The notes under the pieces are model-generated. The model searched no databases. It saw nothing but the letters and a program-made list of their open reading frames with translations, and was not told the origin of the DNA. Source: Podarcis gaigeae (Eukaryota). Taken from it: a DNA stretch of 64,000 bases. Made by a program: the position numbers and the translations under genes. The stretch lies in assembly GCA_964106915.2 (NCBI GenBank), contig OZ066921.1. One strand, given 5' to 3'. This document shows positions 22,412 to 34,400 of the stretch, piece after piece. Numbering within the stretch: position 1 is the first letter of the stretch; each line of letters begins with the position of its first letter.

Positions 22412-25400
22412 ATGGGTCTCCCTATAGGGATGTGGCTCTGGCTCTGGGCCGCACAGGTCTCTTCGGAGGAATCGGAGCCCGCCTGCCTGCCCGTGGCAGG
22501 AGAGGACTGCTATCGGCTGCTCCGGTGGCCACAAGCCGCCTTGGGTGCAGTGATTTGGTGCGGACGATCCCACGGCCGGCTCCTCCACACGTGGAACCAG
22601 CAGATCCAGGACGCCCTGCGCGACCGCCTGGACGACAGGAGCAAAACCTGGATCGGGGCTGCAGCAAAGGCGCTCCCAGAAGTGAGCCACCCTGGCAAAG
22701 GTGAGAGCGGGGCGGGGGCGCAGAGGCCCAACAGCAGCACCGCAGAAGAGGGGCAGCAGCAGCCAATTCCAGTATACTCTCCCAGGATGTGTGTTATTCC
22801 CCACTCAGCATCTCTGACTCGCCCAGACGCCAAACCCCTCAGGGCAAGACCGCCACCCTCCCTACACAAGGTGGGACCACCGTCTCCTCGTGGGGATCGA
22901 GGCGGGGCAGCCAAGCTTCTCGCTTCAAGGGCCCAGCCAGGCCCTGCAGACCCTTCCCTCCGTCGAGGGACCCCGCCCACCAGCGTTTCAAGGACACCCA
23001 GGGTGGCAGCCATCCTCCCATGCCAAGCCCTGCTGCTGATGGCTCAGCTCTGCAGTCTGTGACAGGCAGTCAAGGAGTGGGGAGGGTTAAAAATAATAAT
23101 AATAATGCAAGGCTACCAGGCACTCACCCTATGTAAAGGCTCCCCTTAAACCACTTGCCACCACTGGGAGGCTCTAGTCTGGAGAGGGAGCGGAGCCCTA
23201 CAGGGGGCGCTCAGGGCAGCCTCAGCCGGAAAGCCTTATCCTAAGAAAATCCCCCAAAGGCAAACAACTGGCGGGCTGGTGCTGAGTGTGGGGTGGCGGG
23301 GAAGAGGAGTAACCGTGCCTGACGGCGGCGCCTACTCTCCGCAGACCACTGCAAAGTCCTCGTCCGGAATGGGGACCAATTCTATACCAGGAGGGAGGAG
23401 TGTGACCAGAAGCACTTTTTCATCTGCCAGTCTGGTGCGTGAGTCTGCCCGCCCACCGGGGTGGGAGTTCGTGCCCTCATTCCGCACCCACAGGGGCTTG
23501 GGCAGGGGCCTCCAGCTTCAAAGAGCGAGAAGGACCTCGTGGCTGAGCTGAGGATGAGACTCTCTGGACGGCCCCCCACGAAGCACGCCCTTTCGAGGTG
23601 GCTGCAACCCCGGAGGCAGGGCCAGGGCCAGGCTCTCCCCAGGCGGCTGGGCTGGGCCGTCGCAGGTCCTAGAACCGGCTCCTGCCGCCCAGGAAGCGCC
23701 CCTTCCATGAATTCTCCCGAGCTCAACCCCTTCTGCTCTCTGTCTGCTACAGGCCCCCCAAGGACGCCCCGAGAGACTTCCACGCCCTGGGTGGTAAGTT
23801 CCCGCCAAAGCAAGTGCCTGCGCAGCCGTCGAACAGGAACCGGCGAAGGCTCTCTAGGCCGTCGCCGCTGCGCAGCGCCCCCTGGACTGACTGCGGCGCA
23901 CCGCCGAGCAGCTGGCCCTGGTGACTTTCTCTCCCTGTCTCCCAGAGAACGACCTGCCAGCATTTGAGGTGCGGCCCGACGGAGGCGACGCCCATCCTCA
24001 CCGAAGAGCCGACAGCGACTGCTCCTCTGAGCGCCCAGGCCTCCGCCGCGACTCCTCCGCCGCCCAGTGCTCCTCCAGGAAGCAGCACAGTTCGCCAGCC
24101 GACCACCGCTGACATCCAGTCATTCCTTGGGACCAGGCCAGAACTCAGCACTCCCCGCCATTCGCCGAGCACCCCCAAGTGGGCATCCAGCACGTGGCCC
24201 ACCAGCAACAGCAACCAGACCCGCCCCAACTCTCAGACCTCAGCCCCAGAGCCCAGCACTCAGCCGCTGCCCACCAGCAAAACCACCTCGGGGGGTACCA
24301 AAAGCCACGAGTCCAACACCAGCCCAGACGCCTTCACCTTCAACCCTAGAGACTTCTCCCCTGAGGACCAGGGGAAGGTAGGGAGACATCTGGACTGGCA
24401 CCTGCCCCTACCCTGGTGGCACCTTGTCCAGACAGGCTCTTCTCTCTCTCCGTCCCATACCCCACACCCTGCTCCAGAGATATCAGGAGGCATGGGGGGG
24501 GGGGCGTTGCGGCGTTGCAGGATTCTTCCTTTGCACCTGGAAAAACCAACGCTGAAGTGCAGATCAAAGATGCGTGTGACTTGTATATGATTTCCCAGGG
24601 ATCCAAAGTCACTTAGTGAGGGATTTCCAGACTGGTTTTGCCCACTGCAGAAAGGGGGGCAAGTGGCTATGGGGAAGCGTGGGGGGGATGTGTGGCTCCC
24701 TCCAGCCTAGCTGCCTTCTCAGGTCTTCCCCCTATAGGGTAGAGGAGCCTTCCCAGAGTTAGAGATTTAGCGACAAGCTCCACTTGCAGACTCACTGACA
24801 GCGTAATAGGGCAACCAGGCCCCCTTCTCCCCCAGCCCCTCTCACTCAGGGTCTGTCCCACAGGCCCTAGAGAAGGTGCTGCACCAGTTCAGCCAGGCTG
24901 TGCAGACCCCAGACCACCCTATGGCACTGGAGCAGGCAGCCCGGATGCTGGAGAATTTGACAAATTTCCATGCTCTGCTCTCAGATGATGCCCAGGTACT
25001 GGCATGTGGCAGGGAGGGAGGGAGGGTGGGTGGCTGGCACCCCTGATCTAAGGGTCTGTCCCCTGCGGCCTATTCTCCCAGTCCTTGGTTGAACCAGGCT
25101 CTACCCAGGCTATGTACAGAGGCAAGCCTGCTGCTTGGCACAGCCAGCCTCGCCCTTGCACCCCCAAATCAGCCCCGCCAGATGATCAGCCCTGCCTTGT
25201 TCCTACAGGCCTCTGCCAGCCAGGCACTCCTCTCCCTGAGCTCTCAGCTACTGAGGGACCACCCTGCCAGCAATGCCTCCTGCCTAGACCTCGCATCACA
25301 GGCTCTTTTCCAGGCCCTCAGCAACCTCCTCCAAGCCTCAGGCAGCCAGACACCCAGCTTCGGCCCGCAACAGGTGGGGAAGAAAGAGGACCTGCAGGGG

Positions 25401-28400
25401 TCGGGTGGAGAAGGCTATTCAGAAGGATGGGGTTGCCAGCTCAGGCCTGCTGCATGGCTGGGTCTCATTCTGAAGGCACCCCCTTTTGTCCAGGCCTTCC
25501 CATTGCTCTGAGCCCATGGGAAGGGAGCTGAGCTTCCCAGCTCCCCACCCTGGCTCTGCCCAGCTCCTGACCACATCTGGCCTTTCTGCAGCAGGAACCA
25601 AAGGTCCTGGAAACAGCACTGAAAGCCCTTCCTCTGATCCAGACGGGGCTCCTGTTGGGAAGCTCCACCATGGAGGAATCCACAGTAACTGTGGTGTCTC
25701 CTGTGCTCAGCACCACCCTCAGCAGGTACCAGTCTCCTCTCTCCTAGGCACTGAAGAAGTGGGGGGGAGCTTGCTCAGGGCAACTGAATGAATTGTTTGG
25801 TTGCCAATTACCTATTATAATCCTTTTGGTACGCAGAGTAAGACATTGTTCAGATAATGCATCTTGGTTAGGGAACAGACTTTTATGAGTTACAATCTCA
25901 CACACAGGGATGTTTGTAGTTAAGATAAATGATAAAGGAGTCTATTACATGATTTTTAAAATTATTACTACATTTATAACCCACTTTTTCTCCAAAAAGC
26001 TCAGGATGGCTCACAGTTGTCTCCTTTTCTCCATTTTATTCTCATAACAACAACCCTGAGAGGTGGGTTGGGGCTGAGAGATAGTGACTGGCCCAAAGTC
26101 ACCCATTGGGTTTCATGGCTGAGAGGGGATTTGAACCCTGGTCTCCCACGTCCATGTCTTGCACTCTAACCACATAATTGGATAGAAAAGTTCCAAGTTC
26201 CAGCCTAACAAGTCTGTACTAGAGCATGGTAGCCATTCTGGCTCCTATTTTATCTCAGAGGATAATTCTTCTTGGAGAGAGAAATGTGAGAGGAGCAGGA
26301 AGTTGTGAAACAGACTGCAGCCTGAGAATATCAAAAGAGATAGAGAGGTGAGCTGAAGAAGTTAATGACACAAAGGTAGTCTGGGAGTCTGGAGGTCTCG
26401 AACTCTGTTCTATCTGTCCTAACCTACGCAAGACCCCTCTTCTGAAAATGGAGTTGCACTCAAACTTTCAACAGTAACCCCTCTCCCCACTCCCTACCAG
26501 GTGTGACAAAGCCTCCCTGTCCCATGCCTCCTTCCACCTGCTTCAGCCAAGGGGCCTGAACGTAACCTTCCCATCCAGCTCTGCTCTGGAGCCAGTTCTG
26601 AGCCAGCACCCTCAACTACAAGTCCAGGTAAGGTGGTAGTGGCTTGCTGCCCACTGGGTCCTAGGGAGACATAGTGCAGGGCTGGCAGGGCGTGGAGGTG
26701 GGGCAGAGGGCACCCCCACAGCTCGCTCTTGCTCTCATCTTCACTCTAGGTGGCCTCCTTTGCATTCAACCCTTTCCAGCACCTGGATGGGAAGCCGATC
26801 AAAAGGATGGCAAGTATCGCTCTCATGGCCAGCGAGGAGTCCATCGGTGTCCACAATCTTGCAGAGGAAATAGAGGTGAGAATGGATACTGTACTGGAAA
26901 GTTCTCTCATCAGGGGGACTCTTCTCTCTGCACCCAAGTGGCACGGAGAAGCAGCGCTGTCCAAGGTCCAGCGCTGGATCAGAGGTAAGCACTTTGTGCT
27001 GTATGGCCTGATGGGAGACAGTATGTGCTCAAGGGCCAGTGGGGGGCACTTCAGGGCTGACCATGGACATGCTGTCTGCTTCCAGATTGGGCTCAGTGCT
27101 GAGGCTAGTGCTGAGGCCCCTCACACTCACTTGACTGGCAACGTCAGGAACTTTGACATTGTGGTAAACATCACGTCAGTAGAGGATGCCCTGCTAGTAT
27201 TGGTGGAATCCAGCACAGTGGTCCAGATCACCTTGCACCTGGGCCTCCAACCTGAGCCCAACAAGAACAGCAGCCTCCTCAACACCACCCTGCCCAGCAG
27301 CGGATGGCAAGAGGGTGAGGACTTGTTAGAAGGAAGCTAGAGGGCAGGTGCTGCTTTGGGACTTCCTATTGGAGCATCTGATTGTCATCTAGGAGAATAG
27401 TGCTGGACCAGAATGGTCATTGGCCTGATGTAGCAGGTTCTTCTTATGCTCATACATACAACACACTGCTGCATGTATCCCCTTAAAAGTGAGTCTCATT
27501 GGAGTTCAGTGAAGTAACTCTCGGGTAAGTGGGCATAGCTTTGAGGTGTTAACTTCACCAACTGTTCTGGGTTTCAGCCATAAGACATGACCTATATGGC
27601 AGGCTTCCTCAAACTCGGCCCTCCAAATGTTTTGAGACTACAATTCCCATCGTCTCTGACCACTGGTCCTGCTAGCTAGGGATCATGGGAGTTGTAGGCC
27701 AAAAACATCTGGAGGGCCAAGTTTGAGGAAGCCTGCTATATGGGAACAATTTACCTCTATAAATAAAAAGGGAAAGTTGCAAAAGTATACAGATTGAATC
27801 AGCTGTGTTTCAATTATTTAATTTCCCATTAAATTCATTTAATTGCAAATTAACATGGTGTAGTGGTCAGATTTGCACTGTAGGAAACATCAATGGGAAA
27901 TTTGTTTTAAATCGCTTAGTTAAATCAGCCCGTTTCTTCATTTACATAATTGACCAAACCACTTTGATTTAAATCTGTGCACCTGGAAGTAAGCACAGAG
28001 GGAGGGGCTTGAGGAGCTGGGGCCAGGCAGGACTGTGTCCCCAGTGGGGGAATGTGTGGGTGAGGTCAGTGGGTGTGGTCCCTCTCTGCTCTCTTTGACT
28101 CACTGCTCTTGCTTCAGAGGGTACCTACACATGGGTGATTCCTCCAGAGGAGCTGCAGCATCATGGCCTGGGCACCTACTACATCTCTGCAGAGGTGGCT
28201 CCCCTCTCTCAGGGCCCCTGGAACCTCTCCATTCACACCATCATCTCCGGATGCTACTACTGGTCCAGCCAGCATCAGGCCTGGAGAACTGATGGATGTC
28301 GGGTATGCAGTAGGGTCAACCAGGCCAGAGGGCTGTTGGGCAGGCAAGCAAGCCTTTGCTTCCATGCTGGGAGGAAAAAAAAGTAGGGCAGAATGTCATG

Positions 28401-31400
28401 GGGAACCAAATGGAGCAGAACTTTGGGGACCTCATCCTCCTGTGTTGGTTTCTAATGCATCAGTGCCTCCCTCCCAGGTGGGCTCCCAAAGCACCCTCCA
28501 TAGCACCCAGTGCTTGTGCAACCACCTCACCTTCTTTGGGTGCATCGCCTTGGTCCTGCCACACCTGATTGACCTTCACAACACTGCAAAGCTCCTGAGC
28601 ACTGTGGGCCAGAACCCTTCCGGGCTGGCCTTGCTAAGCAGCTTGTTGCTGGGCTATGGAGTTGCCCTTGTTTGGGCTCGATGGAGACAGAGAACGGATG
28701 TTAAGAAGGTGAGGGGAAAGGGCAAGCAAAAGATTTATGATGGTTGTTTGGGGTTATTAGCATTTGCAGGCCAGAGACACTCCCCCCATCTGCCCTCATT
28801 CAGGCCATTCTTGTCTGATGTGCTGAAATGAGGAACAATGAGATATTTATCCAGCAAACAGCTGAGAGCCAGACACCCTGGAAAAGCCGACTTGCTGAAG
28901 TGGGGCTTGGCCATTTCTAGGGCCACCCACCCCATGTGTGTCTCTCCCCCTTCCAGGTGAAGGTCACAATCCTAGCAGATAATGAGGCCACCGCCTGCTT
29001 CCCTTACCTGATCCAAGTCTTCACAGGCTACCGCCGAGGGGCTGGGACCTCTGCTAAGGTAGGGGAGGGTCTCACTTTCCTGCAGGCCCACTTTGTACTG
29101 TTGATGCTACAAGTGCTGCCCATCAAGTTCCGTGACCTCAGGCTCCTGCCCACAGAATCTGGGCCGAGTCTGGCAGATCTCTCCCTATCGGGGAGTGGGT
29201 GTGTGGGGTGCAGGCTTCTGTGTGACTGGCTGCATGGAAAAGCCTGTCTTTGATGACATCCTTCATGTGCTCCCTGCTTGGGCAAGGAACTGAGGAAAGG
29301 AAGCAATCAATGAACCCCACCCAGCACCCACCCTCTTTTCCCTTTCCTTGATTAACCCCTTCTCCCTCCTTGGCTTGAGGTTATCCTGACCCTCTATGGG
29401 GCAGAGGGCCGGAGTGAGCCACACCTGCTACAACACCCCCAGGGGCCCTCCTTTGAGCGAGGTGGGCGGGATGCCTTCCTCCTTGCCACTCAGAAGTCCC
29501 TGGGCAACCTCCACGCCATCCGCCTCTGGCACGACAACACTGGGCCCAACCCCAGCTGGTAAGTCCATGGCCCAGCAAGGGCTGAGGGTGGGGGCCGAGA
29601 GGGTGGGGTTAGAGTGAACCAGACTGCAACCGGATGCCAGGCAAGGAGGAGGTTGGAAGCACACGACTGGCGTGGGAGAGTCCGTTGGCAGCACCAGACC
29701 TTATCAGATGCTAGTAGGCAAAGGGACACTGCAGCTGGCATACCTAGTCCTCCCATGCCATGGGGTTGTGCTGCCAGGACCTGGATACATGCAGAATTCC
29801 CAGGTCCTCAAAGATACCTCCTTTCAAGCCTATGCTGAAGAAATTCACAACATCCCTGTCCAACTGTAGCAAAACTAGCTGCAGGTCAGTTGGACATTTC
29901 AGGGGGACGATGGAACTGTGGCATGTCTTGTCCCACCCAAGGCTTATGCTCACCATATTAAAGGCCAGCTTTGGCTCCAGAGGCCACATTGTCATGTAAA
30001 ATAATGCATTATGACCCACCTTTGGTCTGAACCCCCAAACATAAAGGATACATCAGGGAGGGAATACCTTTCCATCTCCAGTCTTTTCCCAAAGCTTCTG
30101 GGCAAACGACGCTTTATGTATAGGTTAACTTGGAGCAAAGCTTCCCTTGTGCTTGAAGGAAGCCACATGCAGCTCTCTGCTTTGGCAAGGTGATGAGGGC
30201 AGAAGGAAAAGATCCCCACTGCTTCCCTTTAACCTGCAGCTCTTGAGTGATGGGGGGCAGATCCCTTGGCTGCAGCTAATGGGCACCACATGACTACTTG
30301 GCAGTGCCACCCATGTGTGGGCAAATGACTGAAAGGCCTGAGCCTCCTGCAGGTTTGTGAGGCGGCTGGTTGTCTGTGATCTGCCTGCCAAGAAGAAGTG
30401 GCATTTCCTGTGTGACTCTTGGCTGGCAGCTGACCTGGATGACGGCCATGTGGATAAAGTCTTTGCTGCTGCCTCCGAGAGGGATCTCCTGTCCTTCAGG
30501 TAAATATGAGCCCCACCCACCCACCACCTGCCAGTTTGTGGCATCTCTGGAATGTGTTTCTGCCCCTGATTTACCCAACAGGTACCTTGCCTTTGACTGA
30601 ATTATGCTAAGAACACCTGTGTGAAAAAGCAATAATCAGACATCAAAAAATAAAAGTCAGGGAACGGCAGGCTCTGACCCAGAATCTGCTTGGAATGACG
30701 AATCTCAGACCCAGTGCAGAAAGTTCCTTTGACTATACACAGAGAGGGCCTTTCTCTCCCACCCATCTGGGAGTTGGGTCTTCCTTCCAGGTCAGAGAGT
30801 GTGATGCAGCTTCCAGCTCCTCTCCATTCAGAAATTAGGTGCAGCAGGAAAGGTCCCACCCTGCTCCTGGCCCTTGACCCTCTCTGGCTCAGCCCCTACC
30901 AAATACATCTCTTACCCCACTTCACCAGGTACCAGTTCTGGTCAGGGCTGGTGGACAAATTGACGCAGGAGCACCTGTGGCTGTCGGTGGTGACCTGCTC
31001 GCCCTGGAGCCCCTTCACCCGTGTGCAGAGGCTCTCCTGCTGCCTGGCCCTCCTCTGCTGCACCTTCCTCATCAACATCATGTTCTGGAGAAAAGAGGCA
31101 GCGTCCAGAAGCCCCGAGGCTGGTGAGTCAGCTGCCAGCTGGAGACTAGCATAGCCAGTGCCTTTCCTTGTCCCCCACCCCAACATGATGCAGGTGGGTG
31201 CTAGGCTGGGGGCAGGTGAGTGGGTGGGGTAGGGAAGAGGCTGGTTTCCCACCACTTGCCATGGCTCACAGCCCCCAAGGCAGAGCCCTAAAGAGTCCTG
31301 TATTTTTGCTCCTGTCCCCATGCTCCACCTTCCATGCATAGGGCTTGTATGTCTTTAAGTAGCGCTGAGGATTCTAAGCTTCACAGTGGAGCTGGGAGTC

Positions 31401-34400
31401 CCCCTTTGGACGCCGCCCAGCATATTGGGCATCGAAACTGCCTCAGCCACAGCAGTGATCCTTCTGGCCACCCCCTCCTCCTGACTGAAGGTCTCTGTCT
31501 GCCCCTCCTCTCCCCCCCCCTGCTCCCGAGACAGGGCCTTTTATGGTGACTTGGCACGAGCTGCTGGTGAGTGTGGAAACAGCCATCTTCCTAATGCCAG
31601 TGAGCCTACTGATCAGCCACATCTTCCAGCTGGTCCAGCCTCCAGCCCCAAAGCCTCCGGCTGCCAGCTCCGAACTCCTGCAGACTGTGATGCCCCCCAA
31701 GCAGGTGATGCCCATCACACGAGTCAAGCAGGTGAGACCCCCTCCTCACAAGTCCCTCCAGTCAGCAAGAGGTTCTGAGCAGTCAGCCTCCGCCGTGATG
31801 GGTGCTTGGCACTCTTGCCCTGCTCTCTCCATTGCAGGAGCTGGAGGAGACCCTGGGCTTCCTCTACAAGAACATCCTCTGCCAGTGCAGAGCCATGGAC
31901 AAGTTCCCTGGGACTTGTGAGCAAGTACCGGAGCTTGTGGCTGCTCTGTGTGACCTCATTGAGTCCCACCTCCAGCACCAGAAGGACCTGGAAGGTCCCC
32001 CTCAGGGTAAGAGTAGCTTGCCTTGGCAACGGATGCAAATACCACTCCCTTCCTCTTAGACAGGGAGTGTGCCACCCTTCCTCATGCTCTGTGCACCAGC
32101 TTGCACCTTTGGGGAGCTGAGCAAAGGAGGGGGAATTAAGGCTCTGGAGGGTGAGAGTGATTCCTCTTTGTACTTGTTTCCAGAGAGGCGCTTCAACCTC
32201 CACAGCTACCTGAGCCATGTGCTGAATGACTTGGGGACTCAGCTCTGCAGCCTGGATTTGTGCAGCTTCCCTAACCCCTATGACCATCTGCATGCAGTGG
32301 ACCAACTACGAAGAGTCCAGCAGCACCTGGAGCAGCAGCAGGTCCAGCCCTGGCCCAGCCCTGAGGGGCCTGGCAGGTAGCCCCCACCCAGAAGCTCCGC
32401 TCATCTATCTCTTCCCCACTCTCCTGGCCCCATTTCCTGGTAAAATTTGGCAGAGATTGCTCCAAACCCAAAATAATACTTGGGGAACAAGATCCCACTG
32501 TGAAACTCTGCGGCATCTACTGTACACACCCTACGTATGTATACAAAGAAACACACCTAGCTAAGGTCAAAGTTCCTTCCATGAAATAGCTTGCAGGAAG
32601 AAACTAACCAGATGTCTTCACACTCCAGGGAATGCCTTCAGGGGCTGGGCGAGGAGGCAGGTCACTGTTACAGGAGATAGAAGTTGCTCCCCCCCCAGGA
32701 CTCACCAGTGAGGATGGGGGTCGCATATGCAGCAGAGCGTTCAAATGTGACCCAGAAACAGAGAGAGGCAACAGTACAAGGTCTCCACTGCAGTCGAGTT
32801 CAGGCAAGGTACAATGCAGCAAGGCAGGGCGATGAGAATCAGGAAATAAGGCATCAGAGACCTGTATTATTTCCTGCAACTAGAAGGCTCACTAGGGAGG
32901 CTTTATATACTCTTGTCTCCTAAACTACACTCAACCACAGCCACTGACTGCTTCCTCACAAGCAGACTGCTGCCTCCGATTCCTGAGACTGGCAGGGGTA
33001 GCTGTTCCACCTCCTGTTCTGACAGTTCCAGGGGTTTTCATCAGGTACTAACCTGGAGGGCCCCTGGATCTATAGGGTATCTGGTTCATCTTCAGAGGAC
33101 TCCGCGTCTGGTCCCGTGTCACACGCAGACCCAAAGCCAGCCAGTTTTCCCAGCCCACCCAATAATGGTCTTTTTCTTAACTGCCTATTGCTTTTTCTGC
33201 TTGGTCTGTGGGACATTTGCCCTCCCTCCCTCCACTGGTGCTCCCAAAGGCTGAGGTGCCATTTATTCTCCTGTCTCTGTGTCTCAGGCCCACCGGGCCC
33301 AGGAGCGAGCTCAGCAGTTTCCCACTTGAAGACCCTGACAAGGAGAGGCCGCCGTTCTCCCACTGTCTCCCTGGGAGATTCAGCTTCGCTTGCTGGCTCA
33401 CAGTGGGGAGCATCAGCCTGGTTTCGGCCTTCTTCACAGTGCTCTACAGCCTAGAAATGAGCAGGGACGAGGCTGGGCACTGGGCCATCAACATCCTGCT
33501 CTCAGTGCTACAGAACATCTTTGTAATGCAGCCCCTGAAGGTAACTTGGTCCTATCTGGGGTGCAGCTAACCTCTCCCCACACCCTTGCCAGAGCCAGCA
33601 TCTCCCCTCTTCTCCCTGCCTCTACAAATATCTTTGGTGTTCTGTGATTCTGCAGCAACACAGTCCAGACTCTAGGTTTAATGCTTGTCCATCTCTCCCC
33701 CAATCTGCACTGGTAATGTGTGTAATGTTACTAACCATTTGTGGTGGGGCACCTCCTACATATTCTGCTAAGAGGGGCCCCAGACACCTGCCCTGTGGGC
33801 CCCCCCCAATGGTAACCCTGTTCTCCCTCCTCCCCAGGTGTTGGCTTTGACCTTCCTCTTCTCACTGCTGCACAAGAGGGAGTTGTGGAAGGACAAGGGG
33901 CAGGAGCAGCAGCTCTGGTGGGCCCTGGGCCTCGTCACAGGTAATTCAAGCTCTCCAACCCCACCCCACCCCACCCCGCGCCTCCATCTGCAATGCTCGA
34001 TAGGGCATCTGCCTGAGCAGCATCTGACCAAAGGGGCCTTTTTCCTCTTGCTTGGGACTAACTCCAGCTTTCCTCTCCCTCTAGCAAGGGGCCTACAATT
34101 GGAAGCTTATGGGCGGAGAGACTGGGCAGACCCAGCTTACAGACCCCCTGCCCTCCAGCCCATGGTGCGGCCAAAGGAACGAGCCTTGAAAGACAAGAAG
34201 TTGTACTCCTTGATCAGAGAGATTGCAGGTGAGACCAGGCGCGAAGGCCAGTAAGGGCGTGGATGGGTTGTGCAACACTTCCTGCTTCCTCCCCGCACCA
34301 AGCATGCTCAGCATTCACACTCCTAAGCATCAGTGGTTAAGGAAGCAAGCAAGACAGAGAATGATACCAAGGCCTAGGTCAGAATGGTGGGAGCGGCAGT

